Assembly: GCA_963792965.1 (NCBI GenBank) | Contig: CAWBYW010000007.1 | Location: 416,001 to 480,000, forward strand | DNA length: 64,000 bases | Source of the DNA: an uncultured delta proteobacterium | GTDB lineage: Bacteria > Desulfobacterota > Zymogenia > Zymogenales > Zymogenaceae | Direction of reading: 5' to 3' | Part shown: positions 49,899-60,284 of the stretch, piece by piece | How positions within the stretch are numbered: the first letter of the stretch is position 1 | How the letters are laid out: every line of letters begins with the position of its first letter | Program-made: the position numbers and the translations under genes | The notes under the pieces: generated by a model | What the model was told of the DNA's origin: nothing | The model's database searches: none | What the model saw: the letters and a program-made list of their open reading frames with translations, nothing else

Positions 49899-50678
49899 TC
49901 ACGAACGATTCAGGTAATAGATGATTTTGAGACCCTCAAGCGTCAGGAACTTGTCCACCTCTTTGATCGTCCTGGACTCGCCGGCTATTAGCTCCGCAAG
50001 CCCCCCCGTGGCGATCACCCACGGCTGGGAGCCCGCCTCGTTTTTGATTCGATCCACCAGCCCGTCCACCATATCGACATAGCCCAACACGATGCCCGCC
50101 TGCATGCTGTTGATGGTGTTTTTCCCGATAATATTCTTCGGCTTCACCAGCTCCACCTTGAACAGCCTGCTCGCCTTGGCAAACAACGCCTCGCTGGACG
50201 TCATAAGCCCCGGGGCGATGACGCCTCCCATATACTCGCCGTTTTCCGTTACGTAGTCAAACGTGGTGGCGGTCCCGAAGTCAACGACGATCTGAGCGGA
50301 TTTTCTGCGGTGGTAAGCCGCTACCGCGTTAACGATCCGGTCGGCCCCGACCTCCTTCGGATTGTCATAGTAGATCGGCATTCCCGTCTTGATGCCGGGC
50401 TCCACGTAAAGCGGCTCCAGATCGAAATACTTCCCGCACAAGTCGTCGATGATCCCCACCATCGGGGGCACGACACACGAAACGATAATATCCTTGATAT
50501 CCCGCGAATTGATACGCGACGAGTAGTAGAGGCTTTGAATGAGGACGCCGTACTCGTCGGACGTGCGCTCGGGTAAGGTGACGACGCGCCAATTGCTTAT
50601 GAGATCATCCCCGTCATACACACCGATGACGGTATTGGTATTGCCCACATCAACGACTAACAGCATGGTTTTCCTCAC
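49899..50678 (-). CDS. coaX: Type III pantothenate kinase
   Basis: DVGNTN, GADR, VDFGTATT, ATGG, LTLEGL. Confidence 0.96.
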   Translation of the reverse strand: MRKTMLLVVDVGNTNTVIGVYDGDDLISNWRVVTLPERTSDEYGVLIQSLYYSSRINSRDIKDIIVSCVVPPMVGIIDDLCGKYFDLEPLYVEPGIKTGMPIYYDNPKEVGADRIVNAVAAYHRRKSAQIVVDFGTATTFDYVTENGEYMGGVIAPGLMTSSEALFAKASRLFKVELVKPKNIIGKNTINSMQAGIVLGYVDMVDGLVDRIKNEAGSQPWVIATGGLAELIAGESRTIKEVDKFLTLEGLKIIYYLNRS

Positions 50679-51463
50679 TCGAATTGTAGGTCCCCGGAGA
50701 TGACTTTGGATATCTTACCCGTGTCGTCTTCCACTAAAAGAAATCCGTCCTCATCGATGCCTATCGCGCTGCCGCAGATACGGGCGCCGGCCACATCTAT
50801 AAAGACCCTTTTCCCCGTCGTTTGCTCAAAGGCCCGAAACCGGCTTATGATCGACTCGAAATCCGAAGACAGATAGAGATGGTACCAATAGTCAAGGCGG
50901 TACAGGAGCTTGAACAAGACGTCTTTGATCGATACCGCGTACCCGAGCTCGAGGTAGAGCGACGTCGCGATATCCGCCACCTCAGGCGGCATTTCCCGCT
51001 TAGAGCAATTGATATTGATTCCGATGCCGAGGATATAGAATCCCTCTCCGCCTCCATCCTTTCCCATCTCCAGCAATATTCCCGAAATCTTCCTGCCTGT
51101 GACCATCACGTCGTTGGGCCACTTGATAAAGACCCCCTTCGGGATATAGTCAGCCAGCGTCTCCGCGACGGCCACGGCCGCCAGTATCGTCAGAAACGAC
51201 GCCTTCTTGGAGGGGATCTTCGGCCGCAATACCACCGACATATAGAGATTTTGTCCCCCGAGTGAGGCCCACGCCTTTCCCCTCCTTCCCTTGCCGTGCC
51301 GCTGGTTTCGAGCTATGACGACCCACCCCTCCTGCCCCCCCTTCTGGGCGAGCTTGAAGGCGTCCTCGTTGGTCGAGTCGGTCTCATCGACGGATATGAT
51401 CTCACGACCCATCACCCGGGTCTTGAGCATACCTTTGATGAAATAGGAGAGGTCTTCGCTCAT
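50675..51463 (-). CDS. birA: Biotin protein ligase (no HTH domain)
   Basis: DSTN, QRHGKGRRGKAW, KWPND, KISGIL. Confidence 0.94.
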   Translation of the reverse strand: MSEDLSYFIKGMLKTRVMGREIISVDETDSTNEDAFKLAQKGGQEGWVVIARNQRHGKGRRGKAWASLGGQNLYMSVVLRPKIPSKKASFLTILAAVAVAETLADYIPKGVFIKWPNDVMVTGRKISGILLEMGKDGGGEGFYILGIGININCSKREMPPEVADIATSLYLELGYAVSIKDVLFKLLYRLDYWYHLYLSSDFESIISRFRAFEQTTGKRVFIDVAGARICGSAIGIDEDGFLLVEDDTGKISKVISGDLQFE

Positions 51464-52299
51464 TGAATCTCGATCTTCATGTTGATATCGACTGACCGAA
51501 CCGAATGGGTCAGATATCCCATCGAGATGAAATCGACGCCGGCCTCGGCATAGCTCCTGATTGTCTCGGGCGTCATGTTTCCCGATGCTTCCGTCAGCGC
51601 TTTGCCTTTGACGAGCCGCACCGCCGCCCGGGCCTCTTCGGGAGTCATATTGTCAAGGAGCAGGATGTCGGTCCCCGCGGCCAGGGCCTCCCGGATCTCC
51701 TCGGTGTTCTTCACCTCCACCTCGATCTTAGCGGTATGGGGCGCGGATCGTCGCGCGCACGCGACGGCGCTTCCGATCGATCCCGAAGCCGTGATGTGAT
51801 TGTCTTTGATGAGCACCCCGTCGGAGAGCGAGAAACGGTGGTTATGTCCTCCGCCCGTCCGCACCGCGTACTTTTCGAGGTATCGCCAGCCGGGGGTGGT
51901 CTTTCTGGTATCAACGATCCGCGTTTTCGTCCCATCGACGAGCGCCACGCAGCGCCTCGTGGCCGTGGCGATACCCGACAGCCGCATGAGGAAGTTGAGA
52001 GCCGTCCGCTCTCCCATGAGGAGAGATGCGGTGGGGCCGGCGACTCTCGTGATGATCTCGCCCTTCTTCACCTCGTCGCCGTCCTTTTTTTCGTCCTCGA
52101 AGACGACGCCCCCCCCGATCCGATCAAAGACGGCCTCAAATACCGGCAGTCCTGCCAGCACGAGGTCCTCTTTTGCCCGCACCACCGCCCGCGACCGGGA
52201 CTCGGCACCGATCATCGACTCCGTCGTGATGTCGCCGCCGCCGAGATCCTCGGCAAGCGCCAGCTCGATGAGATGGAGGATATGGGGGGTCAGCTGCAT
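51460..52299 (-). CDS. nadC: Quinolinate phosphoribosyltransferase
   Basis: ERTALN, DTRKTTPG, HRFSLSD, IKDNH, LLDNM, EASG. Confidence 0.96.
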   Translation of the reverse strand: MQLTPHILHLIELALAEDLGGGDITTESMIGAESRSRAVVRAKEDLVLAGLPVFEAVFDRIGGGVVFEDEKKDGDEVKKGEIITRVAGPTASLLMGERTALNFLMRLSGIATATRRCVALVDGTKTRIVDTRKTTPGWRYLEKYAVRTGGGHNHRFSLSDGVLIKDNHITASGSIGSAVACARRSAPHTAKIEVEVKNTEEIREALAAGTDILLLDNMTPEEARAAVRLVKGKALTEASGNMTPETIRSYAEAGVDFISMGYLTHSVRSVDINMKIEIQ

Positions 52300-52364
52300 T
52301 TCACGCCCGTCACGATCTTCACCGGCACCGTCCCGCCTGAAGGTATGTATATATCGTGCCCGAT

Positions 52365-55037
52365 TTATCCCTGCGTCCGAAAGAACCCTTCAAGACGCTC
52401 CATGCTGCCGGCCACTTTTTCTTTCTTGGAGACAAGCTCCGCCAACCGCTCCTTCTCCTTGGCCACGACTTCTTTGGGGGCCTTGGAGACGAACTGTTCG
52501 TTGGAGAGCTTCTTGTTGACCTTTGAGAGCTCGTCATCCACTTTCTCAATCTCGGAGGTAAGCCGTTCTTTTCTCTTCCTCGAAATCGATGACCCCTGCA
52601 ACCGGGATATAGACGGTGAAGGGGCCGCACATGGCCGTCGCCGACGCCGCGGGCTGCGCAAGCGACCGGCCCAGATCTATGGTCTCGATGCCGGCAAGCG
52701 TCTTGATGTAGTCGACGTTATCCCGGATCATTTCGAGGTTTTTCTGCTGCGAGGAGACGAGCGCGGACAGCTTCTTCTTCGGGTGGATGTTCATCTCCCC
52801 ACGGACGTTCCTGATGCCGGCCACCAGCGTCTTGATCAGTTCGAACGAGCGCTCGGCCTCGGGGAAGATGAGCGTATCGTCCCTGACCGGGAACGGACCC
52901 TTCATGAGGCTGCCCGATGCCCCCGGAATCCTGCTGTGCAGCTCCTCGGTGACAAAGGGGATAATCGGGAAGAGCAGCCTGAGAAGGCGATCGAACGTGT
53001 AGACAAGCACGTCCCTGACGCGCTTTTTTCCGGCCTCATCAGTGGAGGTCAGATATATTTTCGAGACTTCGAGGTACCAGTCACAGAATTCGTGCCAGAC
53101 GAACTGGTAGAGGGTCCCTGCGGCGTTGTTGAACTCGTATCGATCCAGGTCCTCCGTCACCTCGCCCGTCACCGTCTCCAGGCGGCTGAGGATCCATTTA
53201 TCGGCAAGGGAGAAATCCCGACCGGCAAGATCGAGATCGGGGACGTACCCCTCGCCGAGGTTCATCGCGATGAAACGGGACGCGTTCCAGATCTTATTGA
53301 TGAAGAAGCGGTACCCCTCGATCCTCTCCTCGGAGAGCTTGACGTCCCTCCCCATGGCGGCAAACGCCGCCAGCGTGAACCGGAAGGCGTCGGCCCCGTA
53401 TTTGTCGATGATGGTCAGGGGATCGATGACGTTACCCTTGGACTTGCTCATCTTGGACCCCCGCTCGTCCCGCACCAGCGCGTGGATGTAGACGTCCCTG
53501 AACGGGACGTCCTTCATGAAGTAAAGGCCCATCATCATCATCCGCGCGACCCAGAAAAAGAGGATATCGAACCCGGTGACGAGGACAGAGGTAGGGTAGT
53601 AGACCGCAAGGTCCTTGGTCTTATCCGGCCAGCCGAGGGTGGAAAAGGGCCACAGCCCGCTCGAGAACCAGGTATCGAGCACGTCCGTCTCCTGCCTGAG
53701 GTGCCCGCCCTTGCATTTCGTGCACGCCGTGGGCTCCTCGAGCGAGACGATAATCTCGCCGCAGTCGTCGCAGTACCAGGCGGGGATCCGGTGGCCCCAC
53801 CAGATCTGCCGGGAGATGCACCAGTCCCGGATGTTGTACATCCACTCGAAGTAGGTCTTCTCCCATTGCGCGGGGACGATCCGGGTCCGTCCTTCCTTCA
53901 CGGCCTTGATTGCCTCTTTTGCCAGGGGCTCGGTCTTCACGAACCACTGCTTCTTGAGGATCGGCTCGACGATCGTGTGGCAACGATAACAGGTCCCCAC
54001 GGGGACGGGATAGTTTTCAAGCTTCTCCAAGCAGCCCCGCCGCCTTGAGGTCGGCCACGACCTTATCCCGCGCGGCAAAGCGGTCCATCCCGACGTACGG
54101 CCCCGCGTTTTCGTTCATAGTGCCGTCGTCGGCGATCACGAGCACCCGCTCCAGCTTGTGCTGGTTTCCGATGGCAAAGTCGTTGAGGTCATGCGCGGGC
54201 GTGACTTTCAGCGCCCCGGTGCCGAATTCGGTGCTCACGTATGAATCGAAGATGATGGGAATCTCCCGCTCGATGATCGGGAGAAGCGCCTTTTTCCCCT
54301 TCAGGTGCGTATAGCGCTTGTCCTTGGGGTTTACCGCCACGGCCGTGTCACCGAACATCGTTTCCGGCCTCGTGGTGGCAACCACGATGTATTTGCCTTC
54401 CTGCCCGATGATCGGGTACCTGATGTGATAGAGGTAGCCGCCCCGGTCCTCGTGCTCCACCTCGAGGTCGGCCAGCGCCGTGTTGCAACGGGGACACCAG
54501 TTGATGATATAATCGCCCCGGTAGATGAGGCCGTCGTTATAGAGGGTCACGAAGACGAGCCTGACCGCGCGGGAGAGGCCCTCGTCCATCGTGAAGCGCT
54601 CTCGGCTCCAGTCGCAGGAGGCGCCGAGCTTCTTGAGCTGGTTAATGATCAGACCGCCGTATTTTGCACGCCATTCCCAGACCCGCTCTACGAAGGCCTC
54701 TCGTCCGAGATCGTGCCGTGTCTTTCCCTCCTTGGCGAGCTCCTTTTCCACGACGTTCTGCGTGGCGATGCCCGCGTGGTCGGTCCCCGGCATCCAGAGG
54801 GTGTTTCTCCCCTGCATCCGCCTGTACCTGATCAGGATATCCTGCAACGTATTGTTGAGGGCGTGCCCCATGTGAAGGGTCCCCGTGACGTTCGGCGGGG
54901 GGATGACGATAGAGTACGGCTCGGCTGTCCGAGGAATTATCGGCTCGAAAGAGTCCCTCTTTTTCCCAGAATTCGTACCATCTGTCTTCGATCTGTGCAG
55001 GATTGTAGCCCTTGTCTTCCACGCTCTCTTTCCCCAT
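52365..55037 (-). CDS. valS: Valyl-tRNA synthetase, three indels (about 54927, 54027, 52570)
   Basis: [32 protein letters not shown]-terminal coiled coil [11 protein letters not shown] across four frames. Confidence 0.96.
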
Positions 55038-55093
55038 TGCAATAAAACCGATAAAAAATGAGGGGATAGCACATCCCCCAATTAGTCCAGAAT

Positions 55094-55133
55094 AAAACCC
55101 CGGGAATATCACGCAATATCCCCCGGGCCCGCT
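55094..55133 (-). terminator. Terminator-like hairpin between RomR-like gene and valS
   Basis: CCCGGGGGATAT-TGCGTG-ATATTCCCGGG followed by GTTTTATT on minus strand. Confidence 0.55.
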
Positions 55134-55293
55134 TGGAAACGCTCAACCGTTGGCGCGCGGAACCGAACTATAGTGCTATCGTGAGCCGTCTCGAGTGTGC
55201 GATGGATTCCATCCGCGCAATTCACCCGGCTTTCCGTTACGAGTGTGCCGCGCGCCGATGGCACGCGGTCTGTCGCTTGCCGTAAGATACAAG

Positions 55294-56856
55294 TTACGCC
55301 TTTTCACCCTTGAGGCGCTTGATTTCCTGTTTGATAAGCTCTTCGGCCAGCTCCGGCACCACTTCCCACACCACCTTCTCAATCACCTCCCGCGCGATCT
55401 TGTCGACCGCACTGGAGAGATCCTTCTGATTGAGGGAAAGCGCGCCCTCTTCTTTCGGTGCGGAATCGAAGACGGCTTCTGCTCTGCCGCCGCCTGTCTC
55501 CTGTGCTTCCTCGAATGTGAAGTCCTCCGAGTCGAGGAATTCTCCTCTGCCGCCGTCTCTCTCGACCGAGCCCTTGAAGGAGCCCGCGGCGACCTCGGAT
55601 TCTCTTGCCTTCGGCCGGTCATCAAAATCGCCGAAGTCCGCCGAGGGCTCACCCAGATCGGCCAGTTCCTCTTCCGACGTCCTGCGAATCAGCTTATCAA
55701 AGTCGCTGTCCGCCTTCTCCGCCGCGGGTGCTTTCGCCCTTTCCGGAGCAGGTCCTTCGTCCCACTCCAGGTCTACGGGTTTATCGATGGCCTCGTCCTC
55801 GATAAAGATCTCTTCGTCTTCTTCCCCGATCTCTTCAAAGTTTTCCCGTGGAGACTCCTCAAAGTCCTCCACGAGGAATTCTTCCTCACGCCTGTCGGCG
55901 GCCTTCGTCTTTGCCCTGGGGGCCGGCGCCTCTTCGGAAGCGAACAGGGTTTCATCCGCTTCTTCGGAGAGCGGACGGTCGGCCTCCGCTATCTCCTCCC
56001 TCACCGCCGGCTCGGTCTCCTCCTCTTCCTCGAGGAATTTTTCCAGCTCATCTTCACTGATCTCCTCGCCGAGCTCAAACCCCTCCGATTCCGTTTCGTG
56101 GGCGGTTTCTCCGGCAAAAAACTCTTCGGAGGCGCCGCTTTCTTTTCCGACCTTCTCCTTCGGACCTTTCTGGGCCGGTCGGCGATCTTCTTCCCAGACG
56201 TCGGGGGCAGGCGCAGGTTTCGCGGCCGGTTTTACGGATGGCTTTGTCCCGGCGATATCCTCGAATTCCTCTACGGACCATATATCTTCCGTATCTTCCG
56301 CCTTCGGCTCCGGCTTCTTTGGCTCCGTCACCTCCTCTTCCCAGGAGGTTTCGAGGTCCGCCCCGATGACCGGCGCCCCCTTGCGGGGCGTCCCTGCGCC
56401 GCCCTTCTCGGCATATCCCGCCTCTATCGGGGTCTCAAAGCCGATATCGACTTCGCTGATATCCATCGGTTTTTCCCGCGCGACCCCCTTCTTTGAGGCC
56501 ATCTCCCTGACCTTGTTGATCAAGGTATGGGACTCGAACGGTTTCTTTATGAAGTCGTCCGCTCCCACCTCCGCCGCCCGATCGGCATCGAACGGCTCGA
56601 AGGTTCCCGTCAACAGGATGACCGGCGTGTTCTTTAGGTCGGCCGTCCCCTTGATTTCCTGGCAGACCTGATAACCGTCTTTATCCGGCATTACGACGTC
56701 AAGCAGGATCACGTCCGGCCTGATCTCTTTTGCCTTCGCGAGGGCCTTGGTGCCGTTGTCGACGATAACCAGATCGAAATCCTCGTGGGCAAGGGTAATA
56801 CTGACGACCTTCTGGATCGTGACACTGTCGTCCGCGAGAAGGATTTTCTTTGCCAT
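55294..56856 (-). CDS. RomR-like response regulator (receiver + long acidic linker + conserved C-terminal helix)
   Basis: LLADDSVTIQKV; C-terminus REVIEKVVWEVVPELAEELIKQEI resembles myxobacterial RomR; adjacent to valS. Confidence 0.82.
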   Translation of the reverse strand: MAKKILLADDSVTIQKVVSITLAHEDFDLVIVDNGTKALAKAKEIRPDVILLDVVMPDKDGYQVCQEIKGTADLKNTPVILLTGTFEPFDADRAAEVGADDFIKKPFESHTLINKVREMASKKGVAREKPMDISEVDIGFETPIEAGYAEKGGAGTPRKGAPVIGADLETSWEEEVTEPKKPEPKAEDTEDIWSVEEFEDIAGTKPSVKPAAKPAPAPDVWEEDRRPAQKGPKEKVGKESGASEEFFAGETAHETESEGFELGEEISEDELEKFLEEEEETEPAVREEIAEADRPLSEEADETLFASEEAPAPRAKTKAADRREEEFLVEDFEESPRENFEEIGEEDEEIFIEDEAIDKPVDLEWDEGPAPERAKAPAAEKADSDFDKLIRRTSEEELADLGEPSADFGDFDDRPKARESEVAAGSFKGSVERDGGRGEFLDSEDFTFEEAQETGGGRAEAVFDSAPKEEGALSLNQKDLSSAVDKIAREVIEKVVWEVVPELAEELIKQEIKRLKGEKA

Positions 56857-56880
56857 ATCCTACAACCTTAAAAAGGTTAC

Positions 56881-57315
56881 TTATGAGGCGGGGACCAGTG
56901 CGCGTACGTTCAGAATTATGAAATTCTTGTTGTTGAGCGTCCCCCGAGCCTTAAAGAAATCTTTCACGACCCCTTTGAATTCGAGGGGAATCGGCGTGGG
57001 TTCTTTTTCGAGCTGAACGACCTCATAGTTTCCGTCGATCGAGAACCCGATCAAATCAGACCCGACCCGAACCAAGACGGCGATATCACTGTTTCTCTGA
57101 CCGGCGAGTCCCAGCCTCTTCTTCAGATTGACAAACGGAACCGGCTTATTCTCATGGATGATGAAGCCCCAAAAAAAGTCAGAGAGAAGTGGCACCGGAT
57201 ATACCCGCTCGATGGGAATGACCTTGACGACATCCGTAATCGGCACACCGAACGTCCTCTTTTCGAGGGCAAAGAGAAAGTACTGCTTTTCTATCTTACC
57301 GTCAAGAAGTCCCAT
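56881..57315 (-). CDS. CheW-like protein
   Basis: FGVPITDVVKVI, YPVP, PFVNLKKRLG, ILNVRAL. Confidence 0.78.
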   Translation of the reverse strand: MGLLDGKIEKQYFLFALEKRTFGVPITDVVKVIPIERVYPVPLLSDFFWGFIIHENKPVPFVNLKKRLGLAGQRNSDIAVLVRVGSDLIGFSIDGNYEVVQLEKEPTPIPLEFKGVVKDFFKARGTLNNKNFIILNVRALVPAS

Positions 57316-57401
57316 CCGGATACCGCCCCGATTTGGAAAAAGACCAAGAGATCAATTTCAACCTTACTCCCTTTTGGGGCGTTCCCTCTTCCCGTTGTCT
57401 C

Positions 57402-57884
57402 TCACCGGGCTGTCTTTGCCGCATCCATCAGCTTGATGACATTCAACAGGAGGATAAAATCCTGTGCCTTCATCAACAGGCCCTGATAGACCTCGGTATG
57501 CTTATTCCGCGCGGCCTCGGGAAAGGGGAAAAAGGTCAACTCGCTCTCTGGATGTACCCCCTCGATTCGATCGACGACAATACCCAGTGTCACGGGTTCG
57601 TCCCCGCCGGTGCCGTTTCGCTTAAGGAGAATGAGGCTCCGAATGCCGGGGTACTGGCGAGGCGCCGGCATCCCGAAGTAACTCTCAAAATTGAGGACCG
57701 GGACCTTCTTGCCCCTCAGCTCGATCGAGCCGACGATGTATTCTTTATCCGAGCCACGCGTAATATCGGAAAGCTGAATGATCTCGGCCATGTTCTCGAC
57801 CGCGATCGCAAACAGCATATCCCCGATCGAAAAAACGGTAATGAGCTTTCTCTCGGTCTGCAGACCCCGTCCGCTTTCAAACAC
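57402..57884 (-). CDS. CheW-like protein
   Basis: FAIAVENMAEII, GSIELRGKKVPVLN, GIVVDRIEGV. Confidence 0.82.
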   Translation of the reverse strand: MFESGRGLQTERKLITVFSIGDMLFAIAVENMAEIIQLSDITRGSDKEYIVGSIELRGKKVPVLNFESYFGMPAPRQYPGIRSLILLKRNGTGGDEPVTLGIVVDRIEGVHPESELTFFPFPEAARNKHTEVYQGLLMKAQDFILLLNVIKLMDAAKTAR

Positions 57885-58222
57885 TCCCGGCCACCACGGT
57901 TCCCCTCGACGCCGACGCGCACGCTCGGTCGATGATCCCTCTTGCCAATTTGCCGCTTGAACCCTGATAACTTATTGTTGAAAACTATCATAATTGCCCG
58001 AAAGTGTCAAGTTTTTATTGGCTGGGAGAAAAAGCACTGAATATACAACATCACGAAATCATAAGGAATTTTACTTTTGCCTCCTGCGCCGTCTCGACGA
58101 GGAGCATCGCTGGGCGTGAATCAAAGAAGTGGTGAATTCCTATCCATCGAGATTTCTTTTTCCCGTGCATTGACAGACCGCGGTGGTCGATATATAGTAA
58201 AAGGAAAAGAGTGAGGAACGCT

Positions 58223-58850
58223 ATGACAAGTATCATGGAAAGGCTTCACTGGCTCGGCCAATCCTGTTTCGTTGTCGAGGGCAACCCGCGCATCTATTTC
58301 GACCCGTTTGACATCACCGCAACCAAACCTGCGGACATCATCCTGGTCTCCCATACCCATCGTGATCACTACTCCCCACCCGACATCAAGAGAATCGCGA
58401 CGAAGGACACGACCCTCGTTATCACCGCCGACGCTCAAGCCCGATTTTCCACCGACTATCATCACCGTCGGGCCGGGCGAAAAGAAAGTAATCAAAGGGG
58501 TGACGATCGAGACGGTGCGGGCCTACAACAATGAAAAACCGTTCCACCCGAAAGCAAACAATTGGGTCGGCTTTATCGTCACCATCGACGGTGGAAAGAT
58601 CTACCACGCGGGCGATACCGACTTCATCACGGAGATGAAGAGCTTGACCGCCGACGTCGGTCTCCTCCCGATCGGAGGAACCTACACGATGGAGGCCCCC
58701 GAGGCCGCCCAGGCGGTAAAAGCGATGAAGCTCACCACGGCCGTCCCCATGCACTGGGGAAAAGTCGTCGGGAGCAGGGACGATGCCGATGCCTTCAAGC
58801 GGCTCGTGGGAGACGCGGCCGACGTGGTCATCCTGGATAAGGAGGGATAA
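58223..58850 (+). CDS. MBL-fold metallo-hydrolase, frameshifted near 58436
   Basis: WLGQSCF, SHTHRDH; second frame YHAGDT, LPIGGTYTM, PMHWG; upstream TTGACA-17-TATAGT. Confidence 0.9.
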
Positions 58851-58902
58851 GGTGTCTGTGCCTCGGTTCAGGCCAAAGATGCGGCGCTGGATCCCTACTA
58901 CT

Positions 58903-59757
58903 TCAAGTTCTGAGCTTGCCTGTCGTGACGGCCGCCACCGCGTCGGAGAGCCGGCCAAACTCCTCAAGCGACAACGTCTCACCCCGACGCCCGAGATCGA
59001 TCCCCGTCACTTTCCCGACCGACTCCACACACCCCGCAAGCTCCGGGCCGAGCAGCGGCTTCAGGGCGTTCCTGAGGGTCTTTCTCCGGCCGGCGAAGGC
59101 CGCCCTGATGACTTGCAATAAGGTCTCGATATCCTCCACGTTCACCCGGGGTCGCTCGGCGACCGAAAAAACGACAACTGCTGAGTCGACCTTGGGCCGC
59201 GGATAGAAGTTCCCCCTCCCGACAAAGAAACCGATGCTGATATCACAGAAGAGCGACGCCGTTACGGTGAGCGCGCCGTATGTTTTTGTGCCGGGAGACG
59301 CGGTGAGCCGGAGGGCCACCTCCCTCTGGAGCATCAGGACGATCTTCTTGACCACCTCATGCGCGTCGAGGAGCCGAAAGAGTATCGGGGTCGAGATGTT
59401 GTATGGAAGGTTGGCGACAACCGTGAATTTTTCGCCGACGGCCTCACCTAAGGCCCGGTAGTCGTATTTCAGGGCGTCTCCGAAGACGACCTCGAGCTTC
59501 GGCGAATCGACCGTATCGCGCACCAGATCGGAAAGCTTCCGGTCGGATTCGACGGCGACAACCCGTTTTGCCCTCTTAACCAGATGGCCGGTCAGCGCCC
59601 CGGTCCCCGGCCCGATCTCGAGCACCACGTCGTCTTCCGTGATCCCGGAAACATCAACGATCCTCTTCGCAATATCCTCATTGATCAGAAAATGCTGACC
59701 CCTTCCCTTATACGGGAAGATACCGCGGGAAGCGAGCGTCTCTTTCGAGGGGGTCAT
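58903..59757 (-). CDS. rsmA: 16S rRNA dimethyladenosine transferase
   Basis: GQHFL, EIGPGTG, ANLPYNIS, MLQREVA, PKVDSAV, RRKTLRN. Confidence 0.96.
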   Translation of the reverse strand: MTPSKETLASRGIFPYKGRGQHFLINEDIAKRIVDVSGITEDDVVLEIGPGTGALTGHLVKRAKRVVAVESDRKLSDLVRDTVDSPKLEVVFGDALKYDYRALGEAVGEKFTVVANLPYNISTPILFRLLDAHEVVKKIVLMLQREVALRLTASPGTKTYGALTVTASLFCDISIGFFVGRGNFYPRPKVDSAVVVFSVAERPRVNVEDIETLLQVIRAAFAGRRKTLRNALKPLLGPELAGCVESVGKVTGIDLGRRGETLSLEEFGRLSDAVAAVTTGKLRT

Positions 59758-60284
59758 CGTTTTCTTCTGGCGTGCCGCGCCTTAAAGAAGCGGGCGGCAG
59801 CAAAGGAAATCGGAAAGGCGACGACGGCGGCAAACAGACCCACGACCAGAAAGCCGACGATGATGGAAAGAAAAGCCTTTTCGCCGAGCGAAAAAAGACC
59901 GACGGGATTCCTCCAGACGTGCTCGGGGAGTTTCAGGTGCAGGCCGAGAACATATGACCCGACCTTCAGTTCGAATATATATAAAAACGCCATCGTGAAG
60001 GGATTGTTGACGAGAGTCCCCAGAACCGCCGCAAGCCGGCTTACCCGGAAGATCAGGGCGAGCGTGAGGGCGGCAATGGTATGGAACCCGAGGAACGGAG
60101 AGCATGCAAGATAGACCCCGATAGCAACGCCAAAGGCGATCTGCTGGGGGGAGTCGTCGGAGAGCAAGACGCGCCGGATGAGCTCCCGCACGCTCTTTCG
60201 CTTCTTGATACTACTTCCGTTTTTTTCGTCGGACGCCTTCGTGCCGCCTGACCGGGTTTGCCCGTCCTGCTTCAGATCATCCAT
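59754..60284 (-). CDS. DUF2062 membrane protein
   Basis: DSPQQIAFGVAIG...PFLGFHT...NNPFT. Confidence 0.85.
   Translation of the reverse strand: MDDLKQDGQTRSGGTKASDEKNGSSIKKRKSVRELIRRVLLSDDSPQQIAFGVAIGVYLACSPFLGFHTIAALTLALIFRVSRLAAVLGTLVNNPFTMAFLYIFELKVGSYVLGLHLKLPEHVWRNPVGLFSLGEKAFLSIIVGFLVVGLFAAVVAFPISFAAARFFKARHARRKR

Noticed and set aside
51505-54048. Long antisense ORFs (847 aa here; also 14660-16510, 1481-2782, 55195-56496)
   Set aside because: Shadow frames opposite well-supported genes in GC-rich DNA, with no recognisable motifs.
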